Shown in pieces: positions 63,922 to 64,000 of a stretch of 64,000 bases of DNA. Position 1 is the first letter of the stretch. The number at the start of each line of letters is the position of its first letter. The stretch is from Candidatus Nanoarchaeia archaeon. Its GTDB lineage: Archaea; Nanobdellota; Nanobdellia; SCGC-AAA011-G17; GW2011-AR20. The stretch lies in NCBI GenBank assembly GCA_035288805.1, contig DATDZG010000023.1, forward strand, positions 15,669-79,668. The letters run 5' to 3'. A program made the position numbers and the translations under genes. Below the pieces are notes generated by a model. That model was not told where the DNA came from, did not search any database, and saw only the letters and a list, made by a program, of their open reading frames with translations.

Positions 63922-64000
63922 GCCCATACTCAAAATCCAATATTGAACTCTTGCAAGAGTTTGATGAAATCTCTCCTGAAGAGCAGGGTTTTATGCTAGG
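63918..64000 (+). CDS. Small acidic protein, truncated by window end
   Basis: ATGA overlap; MSPYSKSNIELLQEFDEISPEEQGFML. Confidence 0.5.
   Translation, partial: MSPYSKSNIELLQEFDEISPEEQGFML

Noticed and set aside
1..64000. Bacterial origin, chimeric contig or alternative genetic code
   Set aside because: Bacterial-type aspS/tgt share promoter style and composition with archaeal marker genes; conserved genes are full length with TAA, TAG and TGA all used as stops

Overview
AT-rich archaeal chromosome segment, most consistent with a DPANN lineage (Woesearchaeota/Pacearchaeota-like). Supporting signs are eL15, TFE-alpha, Orc1/Cdc6, archaeal-type ProRS, a tRNA-Arg(UCG) with a BHB intron, and mostly leaderless genes with TATA boxes about 20-25 nt upstream. 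Housekeeping content includes a bacterial-type non-discriminating AspRS with gatCAB, a bacterial-type Tgt, an arcC-arcE-arcB arginine operon, several peptidases, a P-type ATPase, thiol-redox proteins and large surface proteins. Accessory content includes five toxin-antitoxin modules, a type II R-M/Vsr locus, an IS200-type element, and PLD, GIY-YIG and membrane-anchored HNH nucleases. The most unusual signals are (i) several families of short modular hairpin repeats in intergenic DNA that covary, nest inside one another and supply gene stop codons, (ii) short intergenic or in-frame copies of neighbouring gene segments that differ mostly at synonymous sites, and (iii) a predicted outer-membrane-type beta-barrel in an archaeon. 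No CRISPR array, rRNA or reverse transcriptase was seen. All family assignments come from motif recognition by eye, not database searches.
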